A program made the translations under genes and the position numbers. The notes under the pieces were generated by a model. The model saw nothing but the letters and a program-made list of their open reading frames with translations, had not been told where the DNA came from and searched no databases. Source: Lama glama (lineage: Eukaryota). From it: a stretch of 64,000 bases of DNA. Of the stretch, positions 38,566 through 53,079 are shown in pieces. The stretch covers positions 42,472,001-42,536,000 of the forward strand of contig CM052817.1 of assembly GCA_028534125.1 (NCBI GenBank), in the 5' to 3' direction. Position 1 is the stretch's first letter. The number at the start of each line of letters is the position of its first letter.

Positions 38566-38767
38566 CTAGAGAAAATTTATATACTGGAGGTTTTGGATTC
38601 TAGTTACATCCAACAAATTTCGCAGTATTTTCTTCCGGATTTAAAAACATTTTTTTTTAAATCCCACAATGATACTTTCTGAAGGACATTAATTTGCTAA
38701 AATTGTCTAAGAGGTTCATATTAAAATAAATACCTGATGTCAACCCTGTGTTAAAGGGTGGAGAACG

Positions 38768-38995
38768 ATACTTTAGAGGTTGGGGGTTGACAGACACACA
38801 TTACTGTACATAAAATAGACAACAAGGACCTACTGTATGGCATGGGAAATTATATTCAATATCTTATAATAACATATAATGGAAAAGAATCTGGAAAGAA
38901 AAAAAATATGTTGGTATATGTATATCTGAATCACTTTTCTGTATATCTGAAACCAACATTGTAAATCAACTACATTTCAATACAAAATTTTTTAA
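38768..38995 (+). mobile_element. Short L1 3' end
   Basis: aacaaggacctactgtatggcatgggaaattatattcaatatctt...tgtaaatcaactacatttcaatac. Confidence 0.8.
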
Positions 38996-40309
38996 AACGG
39001 GGCTCACATTATATTCCCAAAGCAGGTTTAAAGAATAATTACATCAATTATAATAGCATCAACCAATTGATAAAGGCTTCCTGAAATAGTGGGTGAAGAT
39101 TTTAGTGAGAAAAAGTGCCATGAGTGATGATCACAGACACAGGGAGGCGGGTATCTCACCATCTTGTTCTAAGTGCAACTTAAATCAGACTATGCTGGGG
39201 TCAGATTATGAGATTTCCAGAGTGAGTAGTGTGATGTTCAGCTCTCTTAAAAACAAGGTCAGGCCTAGGGGATAATGTTCCCTTGAGTGAGGAATGTAAC
39301 CTTTTACTAAGAAATCTGGCATGTGGTTCTGAAGATGGCAGTCGATGAAACACAGTAGCAGAAAACTGTTTTAGTCAATTCCTGATTGCATGTTTGTAAA
39401 TACTTTTAACCTAAGTCTCAGTGTTTTCTGCACTAACCAGCTGACATTTATTGCAGAGGGAAACGATGGGAAATTGAATGCAAATGAAAACTGAGCGATT
39501 GTTTTGAATTTGTGAAATGAATTCCTCTCCAGGGGACCTATGGAGCTAATGGCAATGGGTGTTAGAAATATAAATTCCCAGGCATCAGCATAAACAGAGA
39601 CAACTAAACATGATTGGTTATGATAAAAGAACTCTCTAGAGGGCTTCACGCACATGGCCACCTCCAAATGTTATTTTGTTTGTTAAGTTTTTCTAGCATT
39701 GAACATCTCTGAAGCCTGTTTTATCTTTTTCTTAAAATGAGTTGCTGTCCCAAACACTTGATCATTCCCTCCAGAGCCAGAGTTGCCTTCAATTTAGTGA
39801 CTTACTCAAGGTCACTGAACATGAGGGGCAGAGTAGAGGATATTTCAAAAGCTTCTGAGTTCCAGACTGCTGCTTACCCACTGAACCTCACAGCGGAAAA
39901 TGTAGGAAACCTGCAGATCTATTTGTCCACATATTTTCTTTGGCTGAAATTGTGCATTTATAAAGTGATACCTGCACTCACGTCACGGTTCCTTCACTTC
40001 AAAGCAGTTACAAAGAATTTAATTCAACCTCAGGCAATTTATGTTTTTAAATCATTCTGGGATTATATAACTTGACAGAGAAAGATCCATAGATTCCATG
40101 GTGCAAAATGCAGCAAGAAGTCGTTTGAAAGTGAGAGTAACAATGAAGGATATCAGGTATTCTAACAGGTTTTGATGAATCTGAGTGATGAGTCATGGAA
40201 ACTGTCCATATTGTCCTAATATGACTACTTCATCTAATATTTCAGATCTGTTTGCTTTCTGTAATACTTATTTTCACTCCCTTTATCTCCTGTACCAGAA
40301 ACAGCACGC

Positions 40310-40770
40310 CTACAACCAGTTGACCGGCATCAGAGCCCAATCAGGAAAACAGGAGCCACCGTAGCTGTCTCTAATAAAGATATTTAGTTCAAGGTTACAT
40401 AGGGAGATCTGGAAGTCAAACAGGAGACAGTGAGACAAACCAAAAATCAGCAACAACAGAAAGTACCATCCCTGGAGCTGGAGGTACAAAAAGAGGTGGT
40501 GTTTGCAGAACCCAGAAGCCAGGGCCATTCAGGGCAAAAACCATGCGAAGAGTTCCCCATGGCGGCTGGAACCACAGTGAGCACCTGGGGGAGGCCAGCC
40601 GCTTGTGGAAACGCCCAGGGAGACAGGGCCAGGGGTTGCTCTGACCTCCCTTTCTCCCCTCCACTCTTCTATCAGGGCTTTGATTTGCAAGCAAACAAGA
40701 GAATCTAGAAGATAGAGTTTCCTGAAATGCAGAACAAGGGGATGGAAAAGGAATCAGAGCAAACGAGTAG
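40310..40770. mobile_element. Ancient LTR-like fragment (tentative)
   Basis: cagagcccaatcaggaaaacaggagccac... GC-richer block similar in character to 8860-9385. Confidence 0.35.
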
Positions 40771-41473
40771 TGGATCAGCTAATTACCTCTTAAGGGATTC
40801 TGCTGTTAAGAGCATTTGCAAGAAGGGGCATCCGGTGACATTGGAAGCAAGGGTGAGGGGTAACACGAGTTTAGTGGAACAGATATTTTTACCATAAACA
40901 AGCAGCTTCCCTTCCTGGATCCTAGCCTCTCAGCATCTATCAAATTATTTTCATTATTTTGAGAATATGGTGGCTCTTTCTGTATGCAGATACAAAAAAA
41001 TCTTGAGTATTATTTCAAAGGATTTCCTCCACTTTGCCCAAAGCCTGATGATGGATCTCTAGGGGAAAAATACTTCCGCTCCGTTCATACTAAATTCTCT
41101 TTTGCTCTTTGCTAAACTTTTTATACCTTTCTGAGGATCACAAAGATCTCTAAGCAAAAGTTAATGTGATAGGACTTCAAACACAGAACACAGAAAAATT
41201 GTATGCCGAATACTGTGTTCATCTGTAATTTTTAAGGGAATGTTCAACACCACCCCCCCACCAAATATTTACAATGTCCTAAACATTCCCCAAGGGATGT
41301 TAAATGTATATATGTGGTATGCAAGACCATTTTAGGCTGACAGATTACACAAATATGAATAGTAGGATTATACCAAAAGCAGGAAATTCTTTTAAGAAGC
41401 AATCTCCAATTTCCTTTTTATAAAAGGCTCTTTAGAATGTGCCACACTGGTTCTTCAGGAGCGGAAATCATAC

Positions 41474-41536
41474 CTTTCTTGGCTTCTGTACTGAATTATA
41501 AGCAAGAAGAGAAACTTCCAGATGAGGATTCTTTTT
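41474..41536 (-). pseudogene. Exon (63 nt)
   Basis: ctgtttctttgcag acceptor, AAG|GTATGA donor. Phase-0 frame KKNPHLEVSLLAYNSVQKPRK is open and joins the open frame of the 38565 exon. Confidence 0.65.
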
Positions 41537-42729
41537 CTGCAAAGAAACAGTGAGCAGCCTGTGCCCTGTTTATTCTAAGTTATGATTGTACATATCAAAT
41601 TTTATCGATAAAAGCAATATTCTAAACTACAACTGTAATCACTACCACTAAAGATTTATCACAAGGTCTTAAAACGTCAGGTCCAGAAGGACCTCAGAAC
41701 TTGTCCATTCCAATGGTTTATTTTATCAAGGGGGAGACTGAGACCTTATATGAGAATATGACTTGCCTCCTAATGGTCACTTCCATCCATCACAGTCCCA
41801 GTTTCTGGCATCTGTACTTTCAAGGTGCTGAGCTATCATTTTACCTTTCTAATAGGGTGACTTTATAATTCATGAGGATTTTCAATTTTCTATTGAACTT
41901 TTTGATTGAAGATAGCAATTGAGCAAGTCCATAAATTTGAGAATAAATATTCATCAGTGCCTTACCCTTTTTCTCTTTGTACAGGCAAACAGTAAAGATT
42001 GTCGGCTCTTGGGAAAGACTGCTTGCTTGGTTTCAAACTCTGAGTCACGAGGCCCAAATGTGACCAAAGATGGACAGCTGGCAACTGCCCCGCTTCTCTA
42101 GACCTCATTGTCTTTATCTGTAAAATGAGGACAACCAGAGCACCCGCTTCATGAGGTTGTCAGGAGAAATAAAAGAGCAGAAACGCATGGAAAGGACTAG
42201 GACCTATACACTATACACATAATGTGTTCTGTTAATAAATGCCAGTTGCTGTTAGTATTGAGTGCTTTGGATTCTGAGTATACTGGATGTTTACACTTTC
42301 CAGAAACAAAACGAGAAAACACTGTCCTAATCATAAGCAGTTGGAGACACTAAAATTTGCAACTAGTAAAACTTACAGCTGATTAATGCAAGAAGAAAGA
42401 AATTTCCATTTGAGAAATGGTTAAATTGAGTTATGAGACAGGAGCCAGGTGATGTAAGAATATTTGTCCTAAACAGTAAAGAATTCATAATAAGTTTAAA
42501 ATGATTTGTTATAAGCACAATCTTAAAGCAGGAATACACAAAATAGCAAACAACTAAGTTCCTTAAGGCTTATTGCCAAAAGTCCAAAACCTGTCTGGAC
42601 CAGAAGTTTACAAGCCATCCTTTTATAGAAGATTCTGGAGTAACTGAAGTACTTAGAGTTGCTAGGGTGGGAAGATTTCGTCTCTTTAGAAGTAGAGATA
42701 TGGGGCTGAGAGCTTTTTTTTTTTTTCAC

Positions 42730-43980
42730 CTTTATGATAGAGTTTTGCTTGTTATCTTCATCTTGGCAGAGTGTGGTCACAAAGATGCTTGTATCTTCTT
42801 CTAGTCTGCCTCTCCCTGCAGGGTTCTCAAAGCCTTATATCACAAAGAGGGAAACTGTTGAAACTGTTTCTCTCAATCTTGAGATTTTTTTACATTACTT
42901 TTGCTTTGGCAAAATGCATTTATTCAAGCACAGTCTTGTCTGCGCTCTAGAAAATGTGATACCATTTTGCACTGAATTTTTAAAATGCAAAAAAAAAAAT
43001 TGGCCGATTAACAGATATAACTTCTTGTGATTCTGTTCCAATAATCTTGGAGAATTGTTATACTGTAAACCCAGAAAATTAACATTGCCAGATAAACAGT
43101 CTGATTATATCTGGCATGATCAAGGTTTTGCAGTGAGAAAGTGTGCAGTTTCCTAAGGCCTCTGATAGAAAGCCACTCTGAGACCTTTTCAAAGGTTTTC
43201 AGAAGTTATTACTGGAGATTAACTCTGGCATGAACAAAAAGGTTTGATGTCTTGTTTATAGTTAGCCTGTGGCTCTGAGTTAGCAAGTTCTCTCTGAAAT
43301 GATCAGTATTTGAGTTCTGGGTGCTAATGAGCGAAGGTTAGCCAGAGGGAATGTGGATGAGGGGAGCAGAAGACTAAATCATTCGCCATGGGGGGAAATA
43401 AGCATTAAAATCAAACGGCAATAATTTTTAGAAGTCAAATTATGTTTTAATCAATGCCTCCAGAACAAGCCGAAGAAGTCCCACTGACGTTCCCAGCTGT
43501 AAGAGTGGAAGTCTGGTTTCACATTTGCATGATTTTGAAGGTCAAATGCCTGCTATCCAAGTCTTACTGATCCATATGGACTAGAAATGCCACAATATGC
43601 AATCATCATGAAGGCAGATTGTCTCCTGTAAATCTGTCCTTTCTGTAACACATTCAAAATGTACCGTATTGGCTGGATTATAAATCCTTTCAGGAAATTC
43701 ATGCACATTTGTAGAAGCAGCTTCACGTTGATGGATGATGGCATTGGTGTTCAGAGAACCCTTAAAATAATTTATCATGTGTATAAATCTGGTTTTCCAT
43801 GTGTCTGGATTTCCTCTGATTCCTGTAACCAGGTATACATGTTACTGTTAAAATCTATTCCAGGAATGAGTAAAACTGTCTTTGGGCTGCTCTCATATTT
43901 CTGTAGATGTGGTACCTGTAGATTTTGTACTATTCTGGATCACAACTTTATTTGCTAAGTAAAAATTCACTTAAATGAAC
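42730..43980 (-). pseudogene. Large decayed exon (or two exons), MULE-transposase-core-like
   Basis: ttctcaaactttacag acceptor. Phase-1 frame GSFK*IFT*QIKL*SRIVQNLQVPHLQKYESSPKTVLLIPGIDFNSNMYTWL, then in another frame TRFIHMINYFKGSLNT...ILWHF*SIWISKTWIAGI*P. Candidate donor AAG|GTGAAA at 42730. Internal structure uncertain. Confidence 0.5.
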
Positions 43981-44689
43981 CTGTAAAGTTTGAGAATGCA
44001 TTTATCAAAGCATTCTTCTCTATATTTGTTAATTTCCATTAAATAATCAATGTCTCTGGTATGTTTAAAATAGTACTCATTTTATAATTATTTAAATATA
44101 CACAGAATTTTTAGAAACACAACCAATGTATAAAAGAAAGACAAATGAATCTGATGGTTATTCCAAAGGATTCCATTGTGGATGTGAAAATTTAATAATT
44201 TTTTCATACATATTTTTGTGGATCTTCTATTGTGTACTAAACATCATTGAACTCAACAACTTCCACTGTATTCTAAACAACTTTCTTCACTTTATTTACA
44301 AAAAATAAAATATCCTTCCTTCTTTCTCTGATATTACGTAACTTTAATAGCACTGGTGAAAGTAACATTTTCCAAGCTTGTAAATAGATATATTAGATCC
44401 ATTCCATGGATACTCAGGAAGTATCTTCCTCAAAAACAAACAAAAAAAAGAGATGATTTCTAATTTCAATTGTTTGAAAATATTTCAGAACATCAGAGTT
44501 AGAAGGAGTTGCTTTTAAATAAATATTCTTATTTACCCCACAGAGGAAATGATGTCCAAATAAAATTAAATGGTGAGTTTGTGACTGCCTTGGAGCTTAG
44601 AACTTGAGTTGGCTCTCAAATTAGTGTGCATGTGTTTTCTACCATGTTGTACTGCCTCTTAATCTAATAAAAGAGTAATATTTTATAAA

Positions 44690-46709
44690 AGAAATAAATT
44701 GCAGTTTTATACAATAATAAACCATCTGAAAAAGAAGTAGAGAATGCTATCCTATTTACAATACATCAAAAGCAATAAAGTACTTTGGAATAAATTTAAC
44801 CAAGGAAGTGAAAGATCTATTCACCAAAAACTATAAGACATTGACAAAAAGAAATTGAGGAAGACACAAATATATGGAAAAAAGCCCATTCATGAATTCG
44901 AAGAGTTAATATTGTTAAAATGTCACTACTACCCCAAATCATCTATAGATCCAATGCAATCCCTATCAAAATTCCAGGGGCATTTTTCACAGATACAGAA
45001 AAAACAATCCTAAAATCCATCTGGAACCAAAAAAGACCCCAAGTAACCAAAGCAATCTTGAAAAAGAACAAAGCTGGAATCATCACATGTCCTCATTTCA
45101 AACTATATTACAAAGCTATAGTAATCAAAACAGCATGGTACTGGCATTAAAACAGACACATAGAGCAATGGAACAGAATTTCGAGCCCAGAAATAAACCT
45201 ATACATATTTGATCAACTAATATTTGACCAGGGAGCCAAGAATAGTCATTAGAAAAAAAACAGTTTCTTCAATAAATCGTGTTGGGAAAACTGGATATCT
45301 ACATGCAAAAGAATGAAACTGGATTCCTAACTTACACCACTCACAAAAAAAAATCACTCTAAATAAATTAAAGACAAACATTAGAGCTGAAATCTTAAGA
45401 TTCCTAGGAGAAAATAACATTGGTCTTGGCAATCTTGATTTTTGTTCTTGATTTTTTTTAATACGACACCAGAAGTACAAGCAACAAAAGCAAAAATCAA
45501 GTGGGACTACATCAATCTAAAATGCTTCTGAACAGCAAAAGAAACAATCAACAGAAATGAAAAAGCAACCTACAGAATTGGACAAAATATTTCCAAATCA
45601 GATGTTGAATAAGGGGTTAATATTCAATATATATAAGGAACTCATACAACTCAATAGCAAAACAAACAAATAAAAACAAATAATATGATTTTAAAATGAG
45701 CAGGGGACTTGAATAAACATTTTTCTGAAGATGACATACAAATGGCCAATAGGTGTATGAAACAGTGCTCAGCAACACTAATTATCAGGGAAATGAAAAT
45801 CAAAGCCACAGTAAGCTATTACCTTACACCTGTTAGAATGGCTACTATCCAAAAAATAAGAGATAACATAAACGCTGGTGAGGATATGGGGAAAAGGGAA
45901 CCCTCGTGTACTGTTGGTGGGAATGTAAACTGGTGCAGTTACTATGAAAAATAATATGAAGATTCCTCAAGAAATTAAAAATAGAACTATCATATGATTC
46001 AGCAATCCCACTTCTAGGTCTACATTTGAAGGAGATGAAATCACAATCTCAAAGAGATATCTGCACTCCCATGTTCACTGCAGCACTATTCATAACAGCC
46101 AAGACACGAGAACAACTTGAGTACCTGCTGCCAGATGAATGCACAAAGAAAATGTGGCATGTATAGTATACCCTGTGGAATATTATTCAGCCAAGAGAAA
46201 GAAAGAAATCCTGTCACTTGCAACAACATCAACAAACCCCGAGGGCATTATTCTAAGTAAAATAAGTCAGACAAAGACAAATACTGTATGATCTCACTTA
46301 CCTGTGGAATCTAAAACCATTTAACTCATAGACGCAGACAGAAGAATGATGGTTGCCAGGGGCTGAGGGGTGGGAGAAATGGGAAGATGTTAGTTAAAGA
46401 GTACAAACTTTGAGTTATAACATGAATAAGTACCAGGGATCTGACGTACAGCATGCTGACAACTGTTAACAATACTATACTGTATACTTGAACGTTTCTA
46501 AGAGAGTAGAGATTTAATGTTCTCACCTAACAGCAGCAGCAGCACCAGCAGCAGGAAAATGGTAACATTATGGAAGGTGAAGGATGTGTTAACTAACCTT
46601 ATTGTAGCAAAGTATCTCTAAATATACATGTGTATCAAATCATCACGCCATACACCCTAAGCTTACACAACGTTGTATGTCAATTATATCTCAATAAAGC
46701 TGGAAAAAG
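44690..46709 (+). mobile_element. L1 ORF2 3' half + 3'UTR
   Basis: Translations such as [12 protein letters not shown] and [14 protein letters not shown]; ends tatatctcaataaagctggaaaaa. Candidate TSD aaagagtaa at 44670-44678 and 46710-46718. Confidence 0.92.
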
Positions 46710-47029
46710 AAAGAGTAAATGAGAAGCTGAATAGATATTTCACAAGTTGGTTTTTGTTTGTTTGTTTTGTCCAACTGATGTCTTGTTTTGCACTCTAATT
46801 GGTTTACTTATGGCACTTTCCAGAAAGTAAGATATCATTCATTCATTTATTCAATCATTGCACAAACATTTCCTAAGAACTGGTTATATGACAGGCACTC
46901 TAGTGGGTGACACATGAGAATTTACAATCTAGTAACATAACCCAGGGTACAGCAGCACAGGAACAGATGAACAAAAGGCTTCCTAATATAATCCTTGCAT
47001 TTGTTTCTCCAAGTACCTTAAAATAAGAT

Positions 47030-47250
47030 GTAAATTCTGGACCACACAACCTGATCTTGATCAGCTGTCTGCCCTTAGGAAAATTATTAAATCTCTCTGT
47101 CTCAGTTTCCTAATATGTAAGATTATAATCTTTATAGATTTGTGTGATGATTAATTAACTGGGTTAATAAATTGACATAATGTGAAGATCTTAAAATCAA
47201 GCCTAACACACAAGAAGTGTTCAATAAACATTAGATAGAACTATTATTAT
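47030..47250 (+). mobile_element. MIR SINE fragment
   Basis: aaatctctctgtctcagtttcctaatatgtaag core and aagtgttcaataaacatt end. Confidence 0.55.
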
Positions 47251-48322
47251 GATGATGATTACTTTTATTACCATCAGTAACAAAAATACCCTCTAAAGAT
47301 CTATCTAGCCTCCAGGATAACTATGCTCTAAACTCCCTATCAGATTTTTTCAATCCTTTCCAATTCCGCTACCTCCCCTTTAATTCCCATGGAGCTTCTC
47401 AATTTAACATTCATTTTAATGGCTATTTCTGCAAACAGAACATTTAGCAGTTTGGTGACGCAATCAGGGCAGTCTGAGATGTCGCGCTCTAACTAGTCAC
47501 ACTGCACAAAGCCTAACAGTTTGCTTTCTGTTTTTAAAGAAGCGTTTCGTTTAGCCATCCTTGTGGCAGCACATGTAATTGAAAAGAGGCATATGGAGAC
47601 CAGCATGCAAGCCTAACAAACACTTCAGAGTGCCTTAAAAACTATGCTAATCAGTTTGGGAAACCATGTTTTAATCTTGGGAAAAAAAAAATAGAAACCT
47701 CAAAACTCCTCAAACCTAAGGTGACTTTTAAGGAGATGTAATCATCGTTGGTATCATCTAACACTGGTTCATTTCCCTCTGCCCTGGCAAACACTGGACA
47801 TCACATGGAATCATAGGAAAAGGAAGAAATGAGAACACGTGTGACCTGCAGAAATGAACCCGGGATGGAGGTAAAGCAGGACCCTGGCCCCATGGTCAGA
47901 GTCAGCGTGCAGACTGCCTCTCCTGCAGGACAGGGAGAAGCAACACAGGTTCGCCACTCTCCTCCCCCCGCAGGAAGGCACTGAGCATTACCTGAAAACA
48001 AGAAAGGCATCAGATGAACAGACCTTTATAACAGAATGTACATCTGCCAAGACAAAAATACACGACAAGCTTCTGGTGCTGGCACGCTGACAGTATGAGC
48101 AAGCTGTCTTAGCAGTGATTTTGCAAATCATTTGAGTTTAAATTCTATATGGGCCGTAGGGCCCCTGGAGCATCACTTTCTATATTTGGCCTCCTCATTT
48201 AGCTGTGTTTGGAATAAATAGGCTACGGGCAAAAATCATGCCCTTTAAGAGTTCTGCATACACAGACTAGTCCTGCATATATATTAATATGTGAACGGAG
48301 TGACTGATGCTAGTCTATGCAT

Positions 48323-48340
48323 ACACACACACACACACAC
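48323..48340. repeat. (CA)n microsatellite
   Basis: acacacacacacacacac. Confidence 0.9.
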
Positions 48341-49783
48341 AAGCTTTCTAAATGTATTTTTAAGTTGTTTTCCTGTGTGACTTTTTCTCTCTCTTTTTTT
48401 AAGTTCAGCTCTCTGGCATTTAGTAACCCACAAGCTGCTGTTTCTTTTTCTAAATAAGTTCAGCTTGATGGAGGGGCCAAGAGAAATGAGCCCAACTGAT
48501 GACTGCAATCTTGAAAGAAAATATGCTTTTTATCAGAGACCACATGTTGCCAATGCCAATTAAAGTAAAACTGGGAGATTTTCTCAGATACCAACCTGGA
48601 GAGAAGGAATGATGAGCCAAGTATAAGAAAAGAAAAAAAGTAAGCTTCAGGTGGAATTGCCAGGATGTCCATTGAGAGGAAATGTAAAAATTTAAGGTGG
48701 AAAGTGTAACATGCATTGTAGATTGAGCAGTTTGTTAACCATCTAGATAAGAATTTGTACAAAGGCAATGCCATGGACTTTGATTTAAGTTGACCTCGGT
48801 GAAATCCTGGCTCTGCCACTGACTGCTGGAATCACCTTCACATAACCTAAGCCTTAGTCTCCTCATCTATAAATTGGGGATCACAGAATCCTGGTTGGAT
48901 TTTAAAAAGTGATACTGCGGATTAAAGCACCAGTTTCATAATATTTGCTTGATAAGTGTTCAACGAGAAACAGAAATTAATTGATTCATTTGCAGACAAA
49001 TGCTTTAGTAAGGAGATTGTGTTACTTTTCTAAAGTTGTTATAGGCAACCATTTAGACCCATTCATCTTGCAAACATATTAAGTATTACGTGCATTACTT
49101 GAGTGTCTTCAGAAGTTGACAAGGATCCCTGTAATGATGTGACATGTTCTTATCATTTTATTTCTGACATCAATTAATAATATACCTGTGAGGTCAGCTA
49201 ATCACACTTCATTAAAAAAGGATCACTTTTTCTAGTAGCTTGGGAGGTGCAAGAGGTCAAGGTTAAAAGGTTCACTTTGGGGTTTCTCTGACTTAGTTCC
49301 CATCATCCCTAAAATGTTTATGCCACTTTAAAAGATTATGGTAAAGGTCAAATGAGAGGAACCATGCAAAGTTGCCAGTACCCAGAGTATAGCAAAGGTT
49401 AGTTCCTTTCTCCTTTTCCTCCTGGTGAGCTGAGTATTTTTCATATTCTTAAGAACTAGTAGGAATTTGTTAAATAAATGGGATGGGTCTTCAATCCTGA
49501 AAAAATGGGTACAAAATTCTCAGGGCTAAAATACTCAGATGTAGGCCTTGAAATATTATTGTGCTTTCCAGAAATGTTGAACTTAAGAGATTTTTTTAGA
49601 GCTTGGTGAAAATAATTATTAAAAAAAGTTATACCATGTAGGATGTAGTAATTATGATCTGAAAACTAGGTACTGAATATACATTTTTCATAATAAACAT
49701 GTTCTTTCTGTAGACCTGCCCCTTCTCAATTTTACACCTTTTCAAAGTTTATAACGAATAGAAGATATTTGAACTTTACTCAC

Positions 49784-49833
49784 CATTATTTAAATACTGT
49801 ATTCCACTAATCTGAAAGTTCTAGAATTTTTTT
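49784..49833 (-). pseudogene. Decayed exon (50 nt, phase 2-1)
   Basis: tatctttctag acceptor, ATG|GTGAGT donor. Reads KKF*NFQISGIQYLNN; phases fit both neighbouring exons. Confidence 0.55.
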
Positions 49834-50060
49834 CTAGAAAGATACATTGTGTATATCTGTGTGAAGTAAGAGACCAACAAACTTCTACTTAAATAAAAAT
49901 TTCCTTATTCTCCATAGTTACATTCTTTAAAGCAGTTAAGGAGTTTGGAGTTTCATGAAGCAGATAGTCAGGTCATAAATGCATTATCTTGACAAAGCCT
50001 GAGGCAGTGCTAAGGTCAGCGAAAGGAATGGGTTTGTCTTAATGTGTCATTTCAACTCAT

Positions 50061-50324
50061 ATTCGGACACAATCACAATAATCATGTGCATTTTGTCGAC
50101 TTTCCTGGGTATTCTGTTCTCCCACCTCTGAGAGTGAATGCAGAGCTACAAGCTTGAAAAACGAAATACAGTAGAGCTGGGCTACCACTTTTGCTGAAAA
50201 GAACATCAGTTGCTTGGCTGAGAAATTCCGTATTTTCCTACTCCATAGATACTTCGCGGCATTTTGTTCCTCTTCCCACATAGCTGCAGCTTTCTGAGAT
50301 TACATGATGGCGTTCTCAGGCAAA
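50061..50324 (-). pseudogene. Decayed exon (264 nt, phase 2-2) with apparently broken donor
   Basis: aaatttatgtag acceptor (weak); donor-like ATGAGT. Reads LPENAIM*SQKAAAMWEEEQNAAKYLWSRKIRNFSAKQLMFFSAKVVAQLYCISFFK...HDYCDCVR, one stop in 87 codons. Confidence 0.6.
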
Positions 50325-51139
50325 CTACATAAATTTCATTCATACCACTCATTAGAATTAGTCATAAAAAGAAATAGTAATTTTATTCCTATAAATATGG
50401 ACTCAAGTTCAGTCCACATAAAGACGAGATACTAATACCTGCTTTTCAAGCAATCTGGACGTTGCTGTTATCAGCTACCAAAGGGTTTATCTGAACAGAA
50501 TGTAATTTGTTTTCACAAGGTACATATACATGTAGATCTATCGCCATTAATATTTATCTTTACTGTTATCCTATGTTGGTGGACTTTGCTAAAAATAATG
50601 AAAGTATATTGTTAACATATTTATTTATCATAGAAACACAAAAAGCAATGTAAATATTCAATAAGGTTAAAATAATTATGAAACAGGATGTAATATTTTG
50701 TAAATATTCATGTGATTAATTTTTAAAAATTTGACATAAGCACTCGTAAAACAAAAATTCTTTGGCTGCACCTTGTATCTATTAACAGAGTTTTAAGGGA
50801 AAGAACTAGATAATCCACATTTTTAAGAAATAAATCAAGTAACTTTGGAGAACGTTATACTAGAATGTAACCTTAATGTGAAAGCAAGGACTGTTATTGT
50901 TTTGCTTGTTACTGTGATGCTCTATATATCATAGGCATTCAATTAACTTATGCTGAATGAGTGAATTTATTACCATCCTCTATGGAAAAATATGTTATTT
51001 TTAATAATGATCGTAGAAAGTATATAAAACACCAAAAGGTGCTCTTGATATAATATTTAATGAAAATAGAGAATTAAAAATTGCACTCATTCTAAGGCTA
51101 CAGGTATTTACAAAGGTATTTGAAATAAAAAAATTACAC

Positions 51140-52170
51140 CTTAGGCATTATCTATATAAGAAAAAAATGATACATAGAATTCCATCAGAAAAATTAAAAT
51201 TTTTGCTTTACACAAGACACTATCAAGGGCATAAAAAAATAGGAAAGAAAAAGTATTTCCAAGTCACATATAACAAAGGACTATATCACAAATATGAAAA
51301 GAACTCAAAACTCAGCTTAGAAAGAAAACAAACATAATTTAAAATAGGCAAAAGATTTGAATAAATATTTGACCAAAGAGGATACCTGGATGGCAATACA
51401 CATAAGAAAAAATGTTTAACAGCATAAATCATTAAGGAAGTGTAAATTAAAACCTGTATGAATTACAACTACAAATAAATTAGAATAGCTTAAAAAATTG
51501 ACAATATCAAGTGCTGATGAAGATTCAAGTTAGAACTCTCATGCATTTCTAGTGGAGATGCAAAATGTTAATGTTCCTTTAAAAACAGTTTCGCAGTTTC
51601 TTATAAATTTAAACGTACATCTACCACATGGCCCAACAATCCTACTTATAGGAATGAAAACTTATAGTCACACACAAAAAATAACACACATGCATGTTTC
51701 TAGCAACTTTATTTATAATCTTTAAAAATGGGAAACAATGCAAATGTACTAAAACTGGTGACTGGTAAATTGTGGAATAGCCATACAACGGAATACACAA
51801 GAAATACAAAAAAAAAAAAAAAAGAATTATTGCTCCATGCAACCACACGGATGAATCTCAAATGCATTATGCTAGGTGAAGGAAGCTAAGCATATTTTGC
51901 TACAACCTGTATAACTCTATTTATATGGCCTTCTGGAAAAGGAAAAACTATAGGACTGGATCAGTAGTTTCTAGGCATAAGAATAAGAGGAGGGTCTTTT
52001 GACTCCAAAAAGGAAGCAAAAAGATATTTTATTTTTAGGGTGATGGAACTGTTCTGTATCCTGATTGTGGTGATGATTATGTGGCCCTGTGCATTCATCC
52101 AAATTCAGAGCTTTACCGAAAAAGACAGTGAACTTTATTGTATGTACACTAAAAAAAAAAAAGAAAAAAA
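51140..52170 (+). mobile_element. Older L1 (L1M-type) ORF2 end + 3'UTR
   Basis: aaataggcaaaagatttgaataaatatttgaccaaagagg...ggatgaatctcaaatgcattatgctaggtgaagg...gggtgatggaactgttctgtatc. Confidence 0.8.
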
Positions 52171-53079
52171 TTTGAAGAAATGGAAAGATCCCAAAATAAA
52201 TGACAGTAGTCATTGTGATATGGTGGTGAATTTCTTTTTTTTCCCCTTCACTTTCCAAATTTTTCTGTGATGTGGTTGAAATATTTCTTTAAATAATGAT
52301 TAAATTATTTCTATTTATAAAGTAAAAGATTGTATAATATGATGCTTGCTTAGCAGAGTCATGTGTCATTTGGTCTTCCTCATAAATTAACAATGCGTTT
52401 GCTTTCACAGAATTAAGAGTTATTTGTTACTGGTTGCAAACCAACTGATTGAAAAAAAAAGCCAACCAATAATATATTTTCTCTATATGACACCCATCTG
52501 TTTAATTGCTATATTTAATAAAAGTCTAACCTTTCTATATATGCTCCTTCTCTGACTCAAGCTTTTTGCCTCCCCCTCTTGTTTGCTCCTCCCACATCCA
52601 CACGCGTACACATACATATAGTAAACACTGCCACACTCACTGAACACACTTCCAACCTGCAAAGTCCCTACACGTTGTTCCAAATAAAGCTTTGAAGTTA
52701 TCCTTGGAATCTCTCTTTGATTCCTCTGCCCAACCTTCCCTCCGACAATTTGCCCCAAAGGCCCCTTCTCTCCCTACATGGCAGAGTTCACACTGAATTT
52801 GCCACATTGGATTCAAACACTCTTTTCAGGTGACTTTACTCACCAACTAGACTATAAGATTCTTATAGTAGTTTGTCTAATATATTTTATACCCCCAATA
52901 ATTAGACAAAAGCCTGGAATATGGTAGTTACTTAATACATTTTTAATGTCCCAGCCTGAACTGAATAAACCTATTGTTTCGTATTTATGAGTTAACTTTA
53001 GTTGTATAAGCATATTTTAGTTGTAAAGCCAAACTCCTAGGGGTAGAATAACAATGTTGGCTTTCTTGATTTAATTTAC

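Noticed and set aside
44920..45954. ORFs with protein-like content
   Set aside because: Broken L1 ORF2 fragments; not an intact element.
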